Program-made: the position numbers and the translations under genes
Source of the DNA: a bacterium
GTDB lineage: Bacteria > Vulcanimicrobiota > Xenobia > Xenobiales > Xenobiaceae
Direction of reading: 5' to 3'
Assembly (NCBI GenBank): GCA_017458675.1
Contig: JAFTAM010000169.1
Coordinates: forward strand, 9,111 to 73,110
DNA length: 64,000 nt
Notes under the pieces: model-generated
What the model was told of the DNA's origin: nothing
Databases searched by the model: none
Seen by the model: the letters and a program-made list of their open reading frames with translations, nothing else
Part shown: one piece after another, positions 19,528 to 28,619 of the stretch
Layout of the letters: every line of letters starts with the position of its first letter
Position numbering within the stretch: the first letter of the stretch is position 1

Positions 19528-21549
19528 ATGTCTTGGTTAAGCATAATATTACTTTCTTTGCTGGGATTGATTCTGTTATTTATCTTCATACTGCTTCCGC
19601 TGTATATTTACTTTATCAAAAATATAATAAAGAACGTCAACCGCAGCTTTACGGAAATGGTCAGAGAAGGCAATCTCGGCGAAGCCCGTCAGCTTTTTGA
19701 AAAAACCGTCGGGGCTATACCCAGCGCCCTGGAGTTCAATCCTCTGCTGATAGAAGCCGCCGTCGATCTTAAAAATGTCGATTCTCCGCAGAAAAAGGAA
19801 CAGCTGCAGATCTTCTTCTCCGAACTGGCCGAAATATACTTAAAAGAAAGTCCCGATTCCGGATTCGTCAAAATGTTTGCCGCCGGCCTCAAAGGAGAGG
19901 ACCGCTTTCGGCTGCAGGCGACCATTGAGAAAGCTCTGGATGCGGATTCCTCGCCGTCAGCCTACAATTTTGCCGCTATGCTGATGCAGAATAAAGACAT
20001 CCTGCTTGCCATTCAATACAGCATTGAGGCTATGCACCAGCTGCTCAGCCATAAAAGGCTGAACTCCCAGACCTTTATCTCAGCGATGCGTCTGATTATC
20101 GACAACATGTTTAAGGCGGGCTTGTACAAAACGGCGCTGCAGTGCTGCCAGCTCTGCCTCAGCCACAGGAGTTTGAATACCGAGACTCAGTATTTCTTTA
20201 AAGCCGTCAAATGGCGCATCTCAGACCTGCTCGGTTACGGCGTTATGCCCGAAAGCGAACTGACCGCGCTGGATGAAACGCAGGACGTCCACATTTCTCT
20301 CCTCCCGCTGTATGTGTATTATGCTCTCCGAGCCAATAACGCCAGGTTAGCCCTGTCCTGTGTCCAGCGCTTAAAGGAAAACTCCCGTTTCAAGCTGCCG
20401 AAATGGTGCATGGAGCTTTTTCTCGATCAAATAAATATCATCTCCTTTCTGCAGAGTTCCGTCAAAACACCGGACAGCCGAAGGACTGCGGCTGTTCCCG
20501 ATTATCTGATCAAGAATTTAAAGGAAGCCGCCGACACTTATTCTGACAATAAAACCGTCCAGATTATCGCAGCGGACGCCTTATACTGCGCAGGCTCATA
20601 TATCCAGGCTCTCATGTACCTGCAGCGCAGCCGGAAGCTCCGATCCGAGCTTCTGCTCGCCGAGAATTCAGAGTTTGATATTGAAAAGATCAGCCGCAGC
20701 TGCAGCGCCTATCTGCTTTCGCTGCCGGAGAATCTTCCCTATCTGAGCGGATACGGCGGCGAAGACGAATTAATGTTCTATCTGCTCATGAAACTGAACA
20801 AGGAGGAGGACGCCTTGCAGCTGGCCGCCAACCGCTGCAAATCGGTCTCGGAGGACTCCCCGGAAGGGATGCTCTGGCAGCTGAGAAAGCTGCAGCTTCA
20901 GCAAAACGGCGAATGTGCGGTTGAAAATGACCTGAAAATAATTGACAAGCGCTTAACCGAGTACCGTTCCGGCCATCATATCGATGAATCGGAGATCCCC
21001 TCTTCCCAATACGATTCTGAAAACAGCGATGAGACAAACGACTCTATCGAAAAGGCCATGAAAGAAGACTGCTTTATAGGAGAGCTGCAGTATTATTATG
21101 CGCTGGCTGAATATATAAAGCTTCAGAATAAACCTGACAGCGACGAACAAAGGCTGGAGGTTTTCAGCAATCTCTTTGAAAGCTGCCCCGGATCCAACCT
21201 CCTTATACGTACGGCCGTGCCTTTAGCCGTCAAGCTGGGGCGGCAATCCCTCCTGCTTCGTCTGTCCGAAGCTCTGCAGGCCCGCGCCGTATCCATGGAG
21301 GATATTGAAACGCTCAGGCTTGCCGACGAAGCTTTAAACGCTGCCGGCGTCTCAGACGAAGCCGCGCCTGTCTCCTCACCCGCTTCCGCCTCGGGAGCTC
21401 CGGCCGCAGGCGAGAGTCTTAATTCATTTATTCAGTCCATCGACGGCAAAACGCCGGTCAGCGAAACAGATCTGCTGAAGCTTTTAACTGTCAGCGAGGT
21501 AAACGCCGAAAAAGCCGCTCTGGCTCTGGAAGAATGCGGGCAGGACTGA
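19528..21549 (+). CDS. N-terminally anchored helical-repeat (TPR-like) protein, function unknown
   Basis: N-terminal TM (LSIILLSLLGLILLFIFILLPLYIYF), then a long alpha-helical repeat-like body. The C-terminal ~28 aa are UBA-like. No catalytic motif seen. Confidence 0.5.
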   Translation: MSWLSIILLSLLGLILLFIFILLPLYIYFIKNIIKNVNRSFTEMVREGNLGEARQLFEKTVGAIPSALEFNPLLIEAAVDLKNVDSPQKKEQLQIFFSELAEIYLKESPDSGFVKMFAAGLKGEDRFRLQATIEKALDADSSPSAYNFAAMLMQNKDILLAIQYSIEAMHQLLSHKRLNSQTFISAMRLIIDNMFKAGLYKTALQCCQLCLSHRSLNTETQYFFKAVKWRISDLLGYGVMPESELTALDETQDVHISLLPLYVYYALRANNARLALSCVQRLKENSRFKLPKWCMELFLDQINIISFLQSSVKTPDSRRTAAVPDYLIKNLKEAADTYSDNKTVQIIAADALYCAGSYIQALMYLQRSRKLRSELLLAENSEFDIEKISRSCSAYLLSLPENLPYLSGYGGEDELMFYLLMKLNKEEDALQLAANRCKSVSEDSPEGMLWQLRKLQLQQNGECAVENDLKIIDKRLTEYRSGHHIDESEIPSSQYDSENSDETNDSIEKAMKEDCFIGELQYYYALAEYIKLQNKPDSDEQRLEVFSNLFESCPGSNLLIRTAVPLAVKLGRQSLLLRLSEALQARAVSMEDIETLRLADEALNAAGVSDEAAPVSSPASASGAPAAGESLNSFIQSIDGKTPVSETDLLKLLTVSEVNAEKAALALEECGQD

Positions 21550-21667
21550 TTTTCCGGGTTAATCCCGCCGCCGCGTTCGGGGCTGCCTTAAATTTAAAGA
21601 AAGCCTGCGTTAATTATGTCCGCTCAGCTCCTGTTTACGCTCATCCCGCCGACAGCTCTTCCAAGAC

Positions 21668-21695
21668 TTGATTTTTAATGAATTGCTGTTATAAT
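21668..21695 (+). promoter_or_regulatory. Sigma-70-like promoter for tRNA-Gln
   Basis: TTGATT, 16-nt spacer, TATAAT. The -10 element ends 12 nt before the mature tRNA 5' end. Confidence 0.5.
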
Positions 21696-21707
21696 AAAAC
21701 CTGCTGT

Positions 21708-21781
21708 TGAGGCATGGCCAAGCGGTAAGGCAGTGGACTTTGGATCCACGATCCTAGGTTCGAATCCTGGTGCCTCAGCCA
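21708..21781 (+). tRNA. tRNA-Gln (anticodon UUG), CCA encoded
   Basis: Cloverleaf folded by hand: acceptor tgaggca/tgcctca with U1-A72 and discriminator G; anticodon stem gtgga/tccac with loop ctTTGga; T-arm ctagg-ttcgaat-cctgg. Confidence 0.9.
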
Positions 21782-21786
21782 GAACA

Positions 21787-21824
21787 GGACGGAAATTCTG
21801 AGAGAATTGCCGTCCTTTTTTTTT
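21787..21824 (+). terminator. Rho-independent terminator after tRNA-Gln
   Basis: 13-bp stem ggacggaaattct / agaattgccgtcc with one mismatch, loop gag, then T9. Confidence 0.8.
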
Positions 21825-21926
21825 CTGTTATTATATGCATTACGGGCGAAGCCTCCGGCCCGCCCGCGCTGCCTGTTAAGGAACGTCGGCAGTCAAACAA
21901 ATCGGAATTTGCGGAGACTGATCAAT

Positions 21927-22577
21927 ATGAACTACAAAGTAATTGACAGGGAAACATACTATCGAAAAGGTGTCTTCCGTCACTTCTCAGAGGATTGCAG
22001 GTGTTCGACTTCGATGACGGCAAGAATCGACGTCGCCGATCTCGTTCGCTCTTCCAAAGAGACTGGGACAAAATTCTATATCAATTTTCTTTACATCCTG
22101 TCGAAAGTTCTCAATTCCCGCGAGGATTACAGGATGGGGTATCTTTGGCGTACAGACGAGCTGATCTGTTATGATGAGATAAATCCCACCCAGTATGTCT
22201 TTCACGAAGATACGGAAACCTGTACGCCGGTATACACAAAATACGATGAAAACTATGAACGGTTCTATGCCGACGCTTTGGCGGATGTTGAAAAGGCGAA
22301 AAAGAGCGGTGAATACATGCTGGATACGGCGAATCATCCGAACTGGTTTGACGCTTCGTATATACCGTGGCTCTCTTATGACGCTCTGAATATCGAGCTG
22401 CCGGACGGCCATCTGTTTTTTGCGCCGATTGTCAATTGGGGAAAATACAGAGAAGAAAACGGCAGGCTTGTCATGCCGGTAAGCGTCCGCCTGAATCATG
22501 CGATCGCCGACGGTTATCTGGTCGCCAACGTATTCCGTCTCTTGGAACGGGAGATCAAGTCGTTTGCTGAGCGATAA
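21927..22577 (+). CDS. cat: Chloramphenicol acetyltransferase family protein (type A CAT-like)
   Basis: 216 aa from MNYKVIDRETYYRKGVFRHF. It has the CAT-like core and the catalytic-His motif region SVRLNHAIADGY (compare HHAVCDG). The upstream 40 codons in the track ORF are unlikely to be translated. Confidence 0.8.
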   Translation: MNYKVIDRETYYRKGVFRHFSEDCRCSTSMTARIDVADLVRSSKETGTKFYINFLYILSKVLNSREDYRMGYLWRTDELICYDEINPTQYVFHEDTETCTPVYTKYDENYERFYADALADVEKAKKSGEYMLDTANHPNWFDASYIPWLSYDALNIELPDGHLFFAPIVNWGKYREENGRLVMPVSVRLNHAIADGYLVANVFRLLEREIKSFAER

Positions 22578-22849
22578 TCTGATAATTGCAATTGGCCCAG
22601 TTCCCTGTCAAAGGCTTTGCCTCCCCTGCGGCGGGCGAACCTGCCGAAAACAGATCGCCCCGTCGAAAAGGGGGGAGCTCTCGGAGAATTCTCCGGCGGA
22701 ACGCCGCGCGTTTTACGCATATAGCTCTGCATTATTCTTTAGAGTTCAGAGTTTTTTGTCCATTTTGTATTCAAGCTCCTAAATATGTGCAGGAAGCGGA
22801 TATTTCTCTCTTTAATTTTGCTATATATCTCTTGTGCAAAGGAAAATAT

Positions 22850-24019
22850 ATGAATCTTTTCTCCAAATGCGCCGCTTCCCTGGCTCTGGCCTGCGCTCTT
22901 ATCGCCCCCTTATCCGCTTCCGCCGCTACTCCGGAAGATTTTATAAGCGTTTCCGTCAACGGCAAGGTGCTCTATCTGGATCAGAATCCGGTGATGAGGA
23001 ACGGAACCACCCTGGTTCCTATGCGCGCCATCTTTGAAGCCCTAGGCGCCAACATTAAGTGGGACGCCGCCACCAAAACCGTTACAGCCAATACTGCTTC
23101 CGAAGAACAATTGCTCAACGATCCCAATACTCCCAACACCAACGTGGTCCTGACCATCAATAAAGACAGGGCTCAAGTTAACGGAGAAGACATCAAGCTG
23201 CTGGAAGCGCCCCGCATCATATCCGGCAACACCATGGTGCCTCTGCGCTTCGTGGGCGAGGCTCTGGGAGCAACCGTAAAATGGTACGGCAGCGACCATA
23301 TGATTAGAGTAGCCCAACAGGGCTATGAAGGCGCCCTGCCCGATCCGAAGGAATTTGAAGAAAAAGCTAAACAGATCGACGAAGCCACCCTTTGGAACAT
23401 CGGCCAAAATTTGAAGAGAATCCAGGCTGGCGCCCAGGGCGGCATTATTAAAATTTTTGACGCTGAAAGAACAACCCCCGTTTATACCCGCGTGCAGCTG
23501 GACTCTTTCCAGCAGGCTCCCTGCACCGAAATTCAGCGCAAAGACGTCTGCAGAGCCTTGGGAATCAAAGAAGATGAAATTGAAGGCTTAGCTATACGCC
23601 TCATTAACAATTATGAATCCCACCGTAAAAATTACCAGGAGCTCGTCCTTCTGCTGGGTCTCCTCAACGGCAGCGAAAGCGTAAAGCTTAGCGATGAAAC
23701 CCAAAACCGCGTTATGGCCTTTTTGGTAAGCAAAATGCTCAAGGGCTACAGCAAGTTCTCTCCCAACATGCAGAGTATTCTCAAACGCCAGTGCGTCACT
23801 TCTCTGGCTTTAATGAGCAAAGTCAGCCCCGAAGCCATCGAAGCGGTTGTCAAACTCTACGAAACGGAAAACAACAATTATATTTTAGCCCCCATGCCGC
23901 TCTTCTTCCGTCAGCATGCGACCGAAATAAAAGCTCTTCCCAACGGCAGCGATTTACTTCTCAGAATACACAGGGTGCAGTCCATGTATTCTGCTCAGGT
24001 TGCCGACGCTCTCAAATAA
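22850..24019 (+). CDS. Secreted protein with copper amine oxidase N-terminal-like (stalk) repeats plus an unknown C-terminal domain
   Basis: Signal peptide MNLFSKCAASLALACALIAPLSASA. Two repeats of the type NGTTLVPMRAIFEALGANIKWD / GNTMVPLRFVGEALGATVKWY. Confidence 0.7.
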   Translation: MNLFSKCAASLALACALIAPLSASAATPEDFISVSVNGKVLYLDQNPVMRNGTTLVPMRAIFEALGANIKWDAATKTVTANTASEEQLLNDPNTPNTNVVLTINKDRAQVNGEDIKLLEAPRIISGNTMVPLRFVGEALGATVKWYGSDHMIRVAQQGYEGALPDPKEFEEKAKQIDEATLWNIGQNLKRIQAGAQGGIIKIFDAERTTPVYTRVQLDSFQQAPCTEIQRKDVCRALGIKEDEIEGLAIRLINNYESHRKNYQELVLLLGLLNGSESVKLSDETQNRVMAFLVSKMLKGYSKFSPNMQSILKRQCVTSLALMSKVSPEAIEAVVKLYETENNNYILAPMPLFFRQHATEIKALPNGSDLLLRIHRVQSMYSAQVADALK

Positions 24020-24046
24020 CGGGCCAGCCGATTTTGCTCCTCTCAG

Positions 24047-24087
24047 AAGCGCTTTCAGGCATTTTTGCCTGCAGGCGCTTTTTTTTC
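24047..24087 (+). terminator. Rho-independent terminator
   Basis: Imperfect stem aagcgc...caggca / tgcctg...gcgctt with loop ttttt, followed by T8. Confidence 0.6.
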
Positions 24088-24245
24088 TGCGTTTTTTACC
24101 CCGCGACGCCGTTTCGATCCCGTAAAACCGCCGTCGGCGCAGTCTGCAGACGCCGCCGCTGAAGGAATGAAATTTTCTTATAGAGAAATTCAATTTTTGC
24201 CTATCTCAGGATAGCAATTCTCTCCGGAAGGGTATTTCTATAATT

Positions 24246-25625
24246 ATGTACAGTGAAGAACTGCCTCAGGCCGCCGCGGTAATTATGGCCGCAGGCAAAG
24301 GCACGCGCATGAAATCCGATTTAGCCAAAGTGCTGCATCCTATTCTGGGGAGACCCATGATTCTGAGCGTTCTCGACACTCTGCTGGCGGTCGGCTGCTC
24401 TCCCAATGTGGTTATCGTCGGCCATCAGGCCGAGCAGGTGGAGGAAGTCTGCCGGGAGTACAGCGGCGAGCTCAGATTTGCTCTGCAGGCCGTCCAGAGA
24501 GGTACCGGCCACGCCGTCCTCTCCGCTCTGCCCCAGCTGGAAGGCTTCGAAGGTCCGGTCCTGATTCTCAGCGGCGACATGCCCTTAATCGACGTTGAAA
24601 CCGTAAAGCGCATCATCGCCGCCTGGCAGAAAAATGAGGATTCCCTCACCATACTGACCGCCGTTTCGGCGCAGCACCGGGATTTCGGCCGCATCATCCG
24701 CTGCGGCGACGGAAGCGTCGACCGCATAGTCGAGGCCAAGGACTGCAGCCCCGAAGAGTATGCCGTTGAGGAGGTAAATTTAGGGGCTTACTGCGCCAAG
24801 GCTTCGTTCCTGAGAGAATATCTGCCCAAGCTTACCCCCAACAACGCGCAGGGCGAATTATACCTGACCGACCTGGTCAAGCTGGGCCGGCATAACGGCT
24901 GCCGCATAGGCGCGGTAACGACCGAAAACATCCAGTGCGCCCTGGGCATAAATACCAGGCTTGATTTAGCGGCGGTAGCGGCCATTAAGAGGCGTAAAAA
25001 GACCGAAGCGCTGATGCTTTCCGGCGTGAGCGTCTGGGACCCCGATTCGGTGTGGATTGAAGAAGGCGTCAGCGTCGCTCCCAATACGGAAATACGTCCG
25101 GGCACGGTGCTGCTGGGAAAAACCTCTGTCGGCGAAGGCTGCATTATCGGTCCCCATACCCAGATCACCGACAGCAGCGTCGGCAGACGCTGTCAGATCA
25201 TCCATTCGGTTTTAAATCAGGCTCAGGTTGAAGACGACGTCAATATCGGCCCCTTCGCTTATCTGCGTCCCAACGCCCATATCGGCTGTCAGGCTAAAAT
25301 CGGCGATTTTGTAGAAATTAAAAATTCCAATATCGGCGTCGGTACCAAGGTTCCCCACCTGACCTATGTGGGCGACAGCGACGTCGGCAGCAAAACCAAT
25401 ATCGGCTGCGGAACCATTACCTGCAACTATGACGGCAGAAACAAACACCGCACGGTAATAGGCGACAACGTATTCATAGGCTCCAATTCCAGTCTGGTAG
25501 CCCCCGTAACGGTAGGCTCGGGCGCCAAAACCGGAGCCGGAGCGGTTATTACTCACGACGTGCCCGCCAACTGTACGGTCATAGGCGTGCCGGCCCGTCC
25601 CATGCCAGAGAAAAAAGAAAACTAG
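24246..25625 (+). CDS. glmU: Bifunctional UDP-N-acetylglucosamine pyrophosphorylase / glucosamine-1-phosphate N-acetyltransferase
   Basis: N-terminal AAVIMAAGKGTRMKS, and a C-terminal left-handed beta-helix of hexapeptide repeats. 459 aa. Confidence 0.9.
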   Translation: MYSEELPQAAAVIMAAGKGTRMKSDLAKVLHPILGRPMILSVLDTLLAVGCSPNVVIVGHQAEQVEEVCREYSGELRFALQAVQRGTGHAVLSALPQLEGFEGPVLILSGDMPLIDVETVKRIIAAWQKNEDSLTILTAVSAQHRDFGRIIRCGDGSVDRIVEAKDCSPEEYAVEEVNLGAYCAKASFLREYLPKLTPNNAQGELYLTDLVKLGRHNGCRIGAVTTENIQCALGINTRLDLAAVAAIKRRKKTEALMLSGVSVWDPDSVWIEEGVSVAPNTEIRPGTVLLGKTSVGEGCIIGPHTQITDSSVGRRCQIIHSVLNQAQVEDDVNIGPFAYLRPNAHIGCQAKIGDFVEIKNSNIGVGTKVPHLTYVGDSDVGSKTNIGCGTITCNYDGRNKHRTVIGDNVFIGSNSSLVAPVTVGSGAKTGAGAVITHDVPANCTVIGVPARPMPEKKEN

Positions 25626-26747
25626 GTGGAAAATATGGAAAATATTTTTGAGAATTCGGCCGACGCCGTTCAGGACAGCGCTTTTGAGGAATATACCGAC
25701 GATATAACCTCCAAAGAGATCGAAGGCATGACGCTCAACAGCGTATACCAGCCGACTCATAAGGTTAAAATCTTTTACGGCAATTCGCATCCGGAGCTGG
25801 CCAAATCCATCATCAATTATCTGGGCATACCGCCCGGCAAAGCTACGGTTTCCAGATTCGACAATGGAGAGATCAAGGTAAAAATTGAAGAGGACGTGCG
25901 CGGTCACCGCATCTTCATCATTCAGCCTACCTGCGGGAACGTCAACGACGCTCTCATGGAGCTGCTGATCATTATCGACGCCATGCGCCGGGCTTCCGCT
26001 CACCAAATCTGCGCGGTAATTCCCTATTACGGCTATGCCAAGCAGGAAAAGAAGACCTCCGGACGCGAGCCCATCACCGCCAAGCTGGTCGCCAATCTGA
26101 TGAGAACCGCAGGCATGGACCGCCTCATAACCTGCGACCTCCACGCCGCCGCCATTCAGGGTTTCTTTGATATCCCCGTTGACAATTTGAGCGTCATCTC
26201 CATTCTGGCCAAACATTACGAACAAAAGCATATCCCCCCGGATGAGTTGGTTATAGTATCGCCGGACGCCGGCGGCGTGACCCGCGCCTCCAATCTGGCC
26301 GAACGCATGGGCGGCAAGCTGGCCATTATCTTCAAGCGCCGTCCCAAGCCCGACCAAGTCAGCATCATCGACATTGTCGGCGACGTCAAGGGCAAGATCT
26401 GCATCATCATCGACGACATGGTCTCAACCGGAAAGACCTTGGTCAGAGGCGCGGAGACTCTGATTAAGCATGGCGCCAAAAAGGTCTATGCCGCCGTCAC
26501 TCACGCCATACTGGCCAAAGACGCCGCGGACATTATAGAGAATTCTCCCATAGAAGAATTTGTCGTCACCGACTCCATACCCATTTCCGAGCGCGCCGCA
26601 CGAATGAAGAATCTGCACGTCATTCCGCTGGCGCCCTTCCTCGGAGAAGCGATAAGACGCACAAATTTCAACCTCTCTATCAGCAAACTTTCAGAAGAAT
26701 TGCCCAGATTTTATAAGGAAAAACTGGAAATTTATCACAAAAAATAG
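25626..26747 (+). CDS. prs: Ribose-phosphate pyrophosphokinase (N-terminal start uncertain)
   Basis: KIFYGNSHPELAKSI, the PRPP-binding loop IIIDDMVSTGKTL and the DLHA motif. About 45 extra N-terminal residues relative to typical Prs. Alternative starts are at 25635 and about 25728. Confidence 0.9.
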   Translation: MENMENIFENSADAVQDSAFEEYTDDITSKEIEGMTLNSVYQPTHKVKIFYGNSHPELAKSIINYLGIPPGKATVSRFDNGEIKVKIEEDVRGHRIFIIQPTCGNVNDALMELLIIIDAMRRASAHQICAVIPYYGYAKQEKKTSGREPITAKLVANLMRTAGMDRLITCDLHAAAIQGFFDIPVDNLSVISILAKHYEQKHIPPDELVIVSPDAGGVTRASNLAERMGGKLAIIFKRRPKPDQVSIIDIVGDVKGKICIIIDDMVSTGKTLVRGAETLIKHGAKKVYAAVTHAILAKDAADIIENSPIEEFVVTDSIPISERAARMKNLHVIPLAPFLGEAIRRTNFNLSISKLSEELPRFYKEKLEIYHKK

Positions 26748-26824
26748 TCCGGACCGTTCGGCGCGGAGGAAGCTGCCGCCTCAAAAAATTGCGGTTTCCT
26801 TCGTTTATTCGGCTTATATCACTC

Positions 26825-26853
26825 TTGACATCAACAGCAAAAAGGCCTAAAAT
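26825..26853 (+). promoter_or_regulatory. Sigma-70-like promoter upstream of rplY-pth
   Basis: TTGACA, 17-nt spacer, TAAAAT. About 140 nt upstream of the rplY ATG. Confidence 0.5.
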
Positions 26854-26991
26854 TGTACGGCAATTTATCCTGCAGGCTTTGTGAGATATTCACGGAAAAA
26901 TGCCGAAGGATAAGCGAATAAACGGCCTTTTCCAAAGTTTAAGCTAATAATAGCTGCAGGAAAGGTCTTCGCAGGTTTCGAGGAGGAATAT

Positions 26992-27609
26992 ATGTCCCAG
27001 GTTAAGCTGGAAGCTAAAATTCGTAAAGAGACCGGTAAGGGCGTTGCCAGACGCTTGCGCCGTGAGGGTCGAGTACCTGCCGTATTATACGGTCATCACC
27101 TCGAAGAGCCTATTATCCTTGATGTAAACTCAAAAGATACCGAAAAGATTCTTAAAACTAACGGTAAAACCGGTCTTATCAATTTGTCCTTCGACGACGA
27201 GAATGTAAAAGATCAGCTGGCCATGTTAGTTGATTATCAGCGCGATGTCTTTGGCACTTGTCTTTTGCATGTAGACTTCAAGCAGGTTCGCATGGACGAA
27301 AAAGTTACCGTATCCGTCCCTGTCGTATTAGTAGGCGAAGCGATCGGTGTGAAGGCCGGCGGCGTGTTAGAGCAGCATATCCGTGAAATCGAAGTGGAAT
27401 GCCTGCCGACCGATATCCCCGCTCACATAGAAGTCGATGTTGCCAATTTAGATCTCGGTCATCACAGCACCGTCGCTCAGCTTAAAGCCCCCGAAGGCGT
27501 TGAGTTCAAGGCTGATCCCGAAGAGATGGTTGTCAGCGTAGCCATTACCAGAGCGGCTGCTGAAGCCGACGCTGCTGAAGAAACGACTGAAGCGGCGGCT
27601 GCAGAATAG
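26992..27609 (+). CDS. rplY: 50S ribosomal protein L25 / general stress protein Ctc
   Basis: N-terminal LEAKIRKETGKGVARRLRREGRVPAVLYG. Two-domain Ctc length of 205 aa with an acidic tail. Confidence 0.9.
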   Translation: MSQVKLEAKIRKETGKGVARRLRREGRVPAVLYGHHLEEPIILDVNSKDTEKILKTNGKTGLINLSFDDENVKDQLAMLVDYQRDVFGTCLLHVDFKQVRMDEKVTVSVPVVLVGEAIGVKAGGVLEQHIREIEVECLPTDIPAHIEVDVANLDLGHHSTVAQLKAPEGVEFKADPEEMVVSVAITRAAAEADAAEETTEAAAAE

Positions 27610-27630
27610 ACCGAACAGAGTTTTGGATAT

Positions 27631-28263
27631 TTGGACGCCATATATAAAATTTTTCGAAGCTTTAGCAGCGGGAGGCCTATAGAGGTGAACGCTGCTAATG
27701 CTTTTTTAATTGCAGGCTTAGGCAATCCCGGAGCCGAGTACGCCAACACCCGCCACAATCTGGGCTTTAGAGTGCTGGATACTTTTGCTGCCAGGCATAA
27801 TATCGAGTTCGGCCATAAGCATAAGCTGTACTGGGCGGGATCGGGCAGGATCGGCAATCACGACATAATCCTGCTGAAACCGCGCACCTATATGAACCTG
27901 TCAGGAAGCGCAATAGCTTCGGTATGCACAAAATACGGTTTAAAGCCGCAGCAGGTCATGGTGGTTTCCGATGATTTCGCTCTGCCGCTGGGAAGGCTGC
28001 GCATCCGCAAATCCGGCGGCGCCGGCGGCCACAACGGTCTCAAGGATATTATCGCCTGCCTGGGCAGTCAGGACTTTTTAAGAGTGCGGCTGGGCCTGGG
28101 CTCTGCGCCTGTAAATTCCGATCCTGCTAATTTTGTTCTGGACACTTTTAAACCGGACGAATACGAAACGGTAAATACGCTTATCGATACGGCCGCCGAC
28201 GCTCTCTCCTATATTCTTGAGTGCGGACCGGACGCGGCCATGAACAAATTCAACGCTTCATAA
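27631..28263 (+). CDS. pth: Peptidyl-tRNA hydrolase (start uncertain; GTG at 27685 is possible)
   Basis: LIAGLGNPGAEYANTRHNLGF and GGHNGLKDI motifs. Confidence 0.9.
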   Translation: MDAIYKIFRSFSSGRPIEVNAANAFLIAGLGNPGAEYANTRHNLGFRVLDTFAARHNIEFGHKHKLYWAGSGRIGNHDIILLKPRTYMNLSGSAIASVCTKYGLKPQQVMVVSDDFALPLGRLRIRKSGGAGGHNGLKDIIACLGSQDFLRVRLGLGSAPVNSDPANFVLDTFKPDEYETVNTLIDTAADALSYILECGPDAAMNKFNAS

Positions 28264-28283
28264 TTTTCACAGCGCCGTCAAAA

Positions 28284-28306
28284 CAGCCCTCCGGGGCTGT
28301 TTTTTT
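28284..28306 (+). terminator. Rho-independent terminator after pth
   Basis: cagccc-tccg-gggctg followed by T7. Confidence 0.8.
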
Positions 28307-28335
28307 ATTGTCGAAAACCGCCCGTTCAGGCAAAA
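28288..28335 (+). repeat. Direct duplication, copy 1 (3' half of the pth terminator plus 29 nt)
   Basis: cctccggggctgtttttttattgtcgaaaaccgcccgttcaggcaaaa. It recurs at 28573-28619 with one T indel and one g/a difference. Confidence 0.85.
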
Positions 28336-28385
28336 TACTGCTAAAAAGCGACATTAGCTTGTTTTACTAATGCTTGTAAATATTT

Positions 28386-28569
28386 CCCTTGTCATTGAGA
28401 GCGCAGCAAAGAATCTTTAGAGCATGTTCTGCATGTTTTCGCTGTGCCGGTTTTCTTTTGCACTTCGCTCCGCGACTGCGCTTCGCTTCGGACGCTCGCT
28501 TCAGTGCAAAACTTAACCTATGCGAAACATGTATGCTAAAAGCTTGTTTTTGCTTAACTTACCGACAGT
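28386..28569 (+). repeat. Intergenic repeat element, copy 1 of 3 (about 175-185 nt)
   Basis: Aligns over its whole length, by eye at roughly 85% identity, with the reverse complements of 41737-41911 and 41963-42137. Shared blocks: attgagagcgcagc..., ggttttcttttgcacttcgctccgcg..., gtttttgcttaacttaccgacag. Confidence 0.85.
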
Positions 28570-28572
28570 ATC

Positions 28573-28619
28573 CTCCGGGGCTGTTTTTTATTATCGAAAA
28601 CCGCCCGTTCAGGCAAAAA
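28573..28619 (+). repeat. Direct duplication, copy 2
   Basis: cctccggggctgttttttattatcgaaaaccgcccgttcaggcaaaa. It lies immediately after the repeat element. Confidence 0.85.

Noticed and set aside
21781-24100. Genomic island integrated at tRNA-Gln (CAT plus the copper-amine-oxidase-domain gene)
   Set aside because: I found no integrase, no direct repeat of the tRNA 3' end and no clear compositional boundary. It is kept only as a low-to-moderate interest note on the CAT gene.
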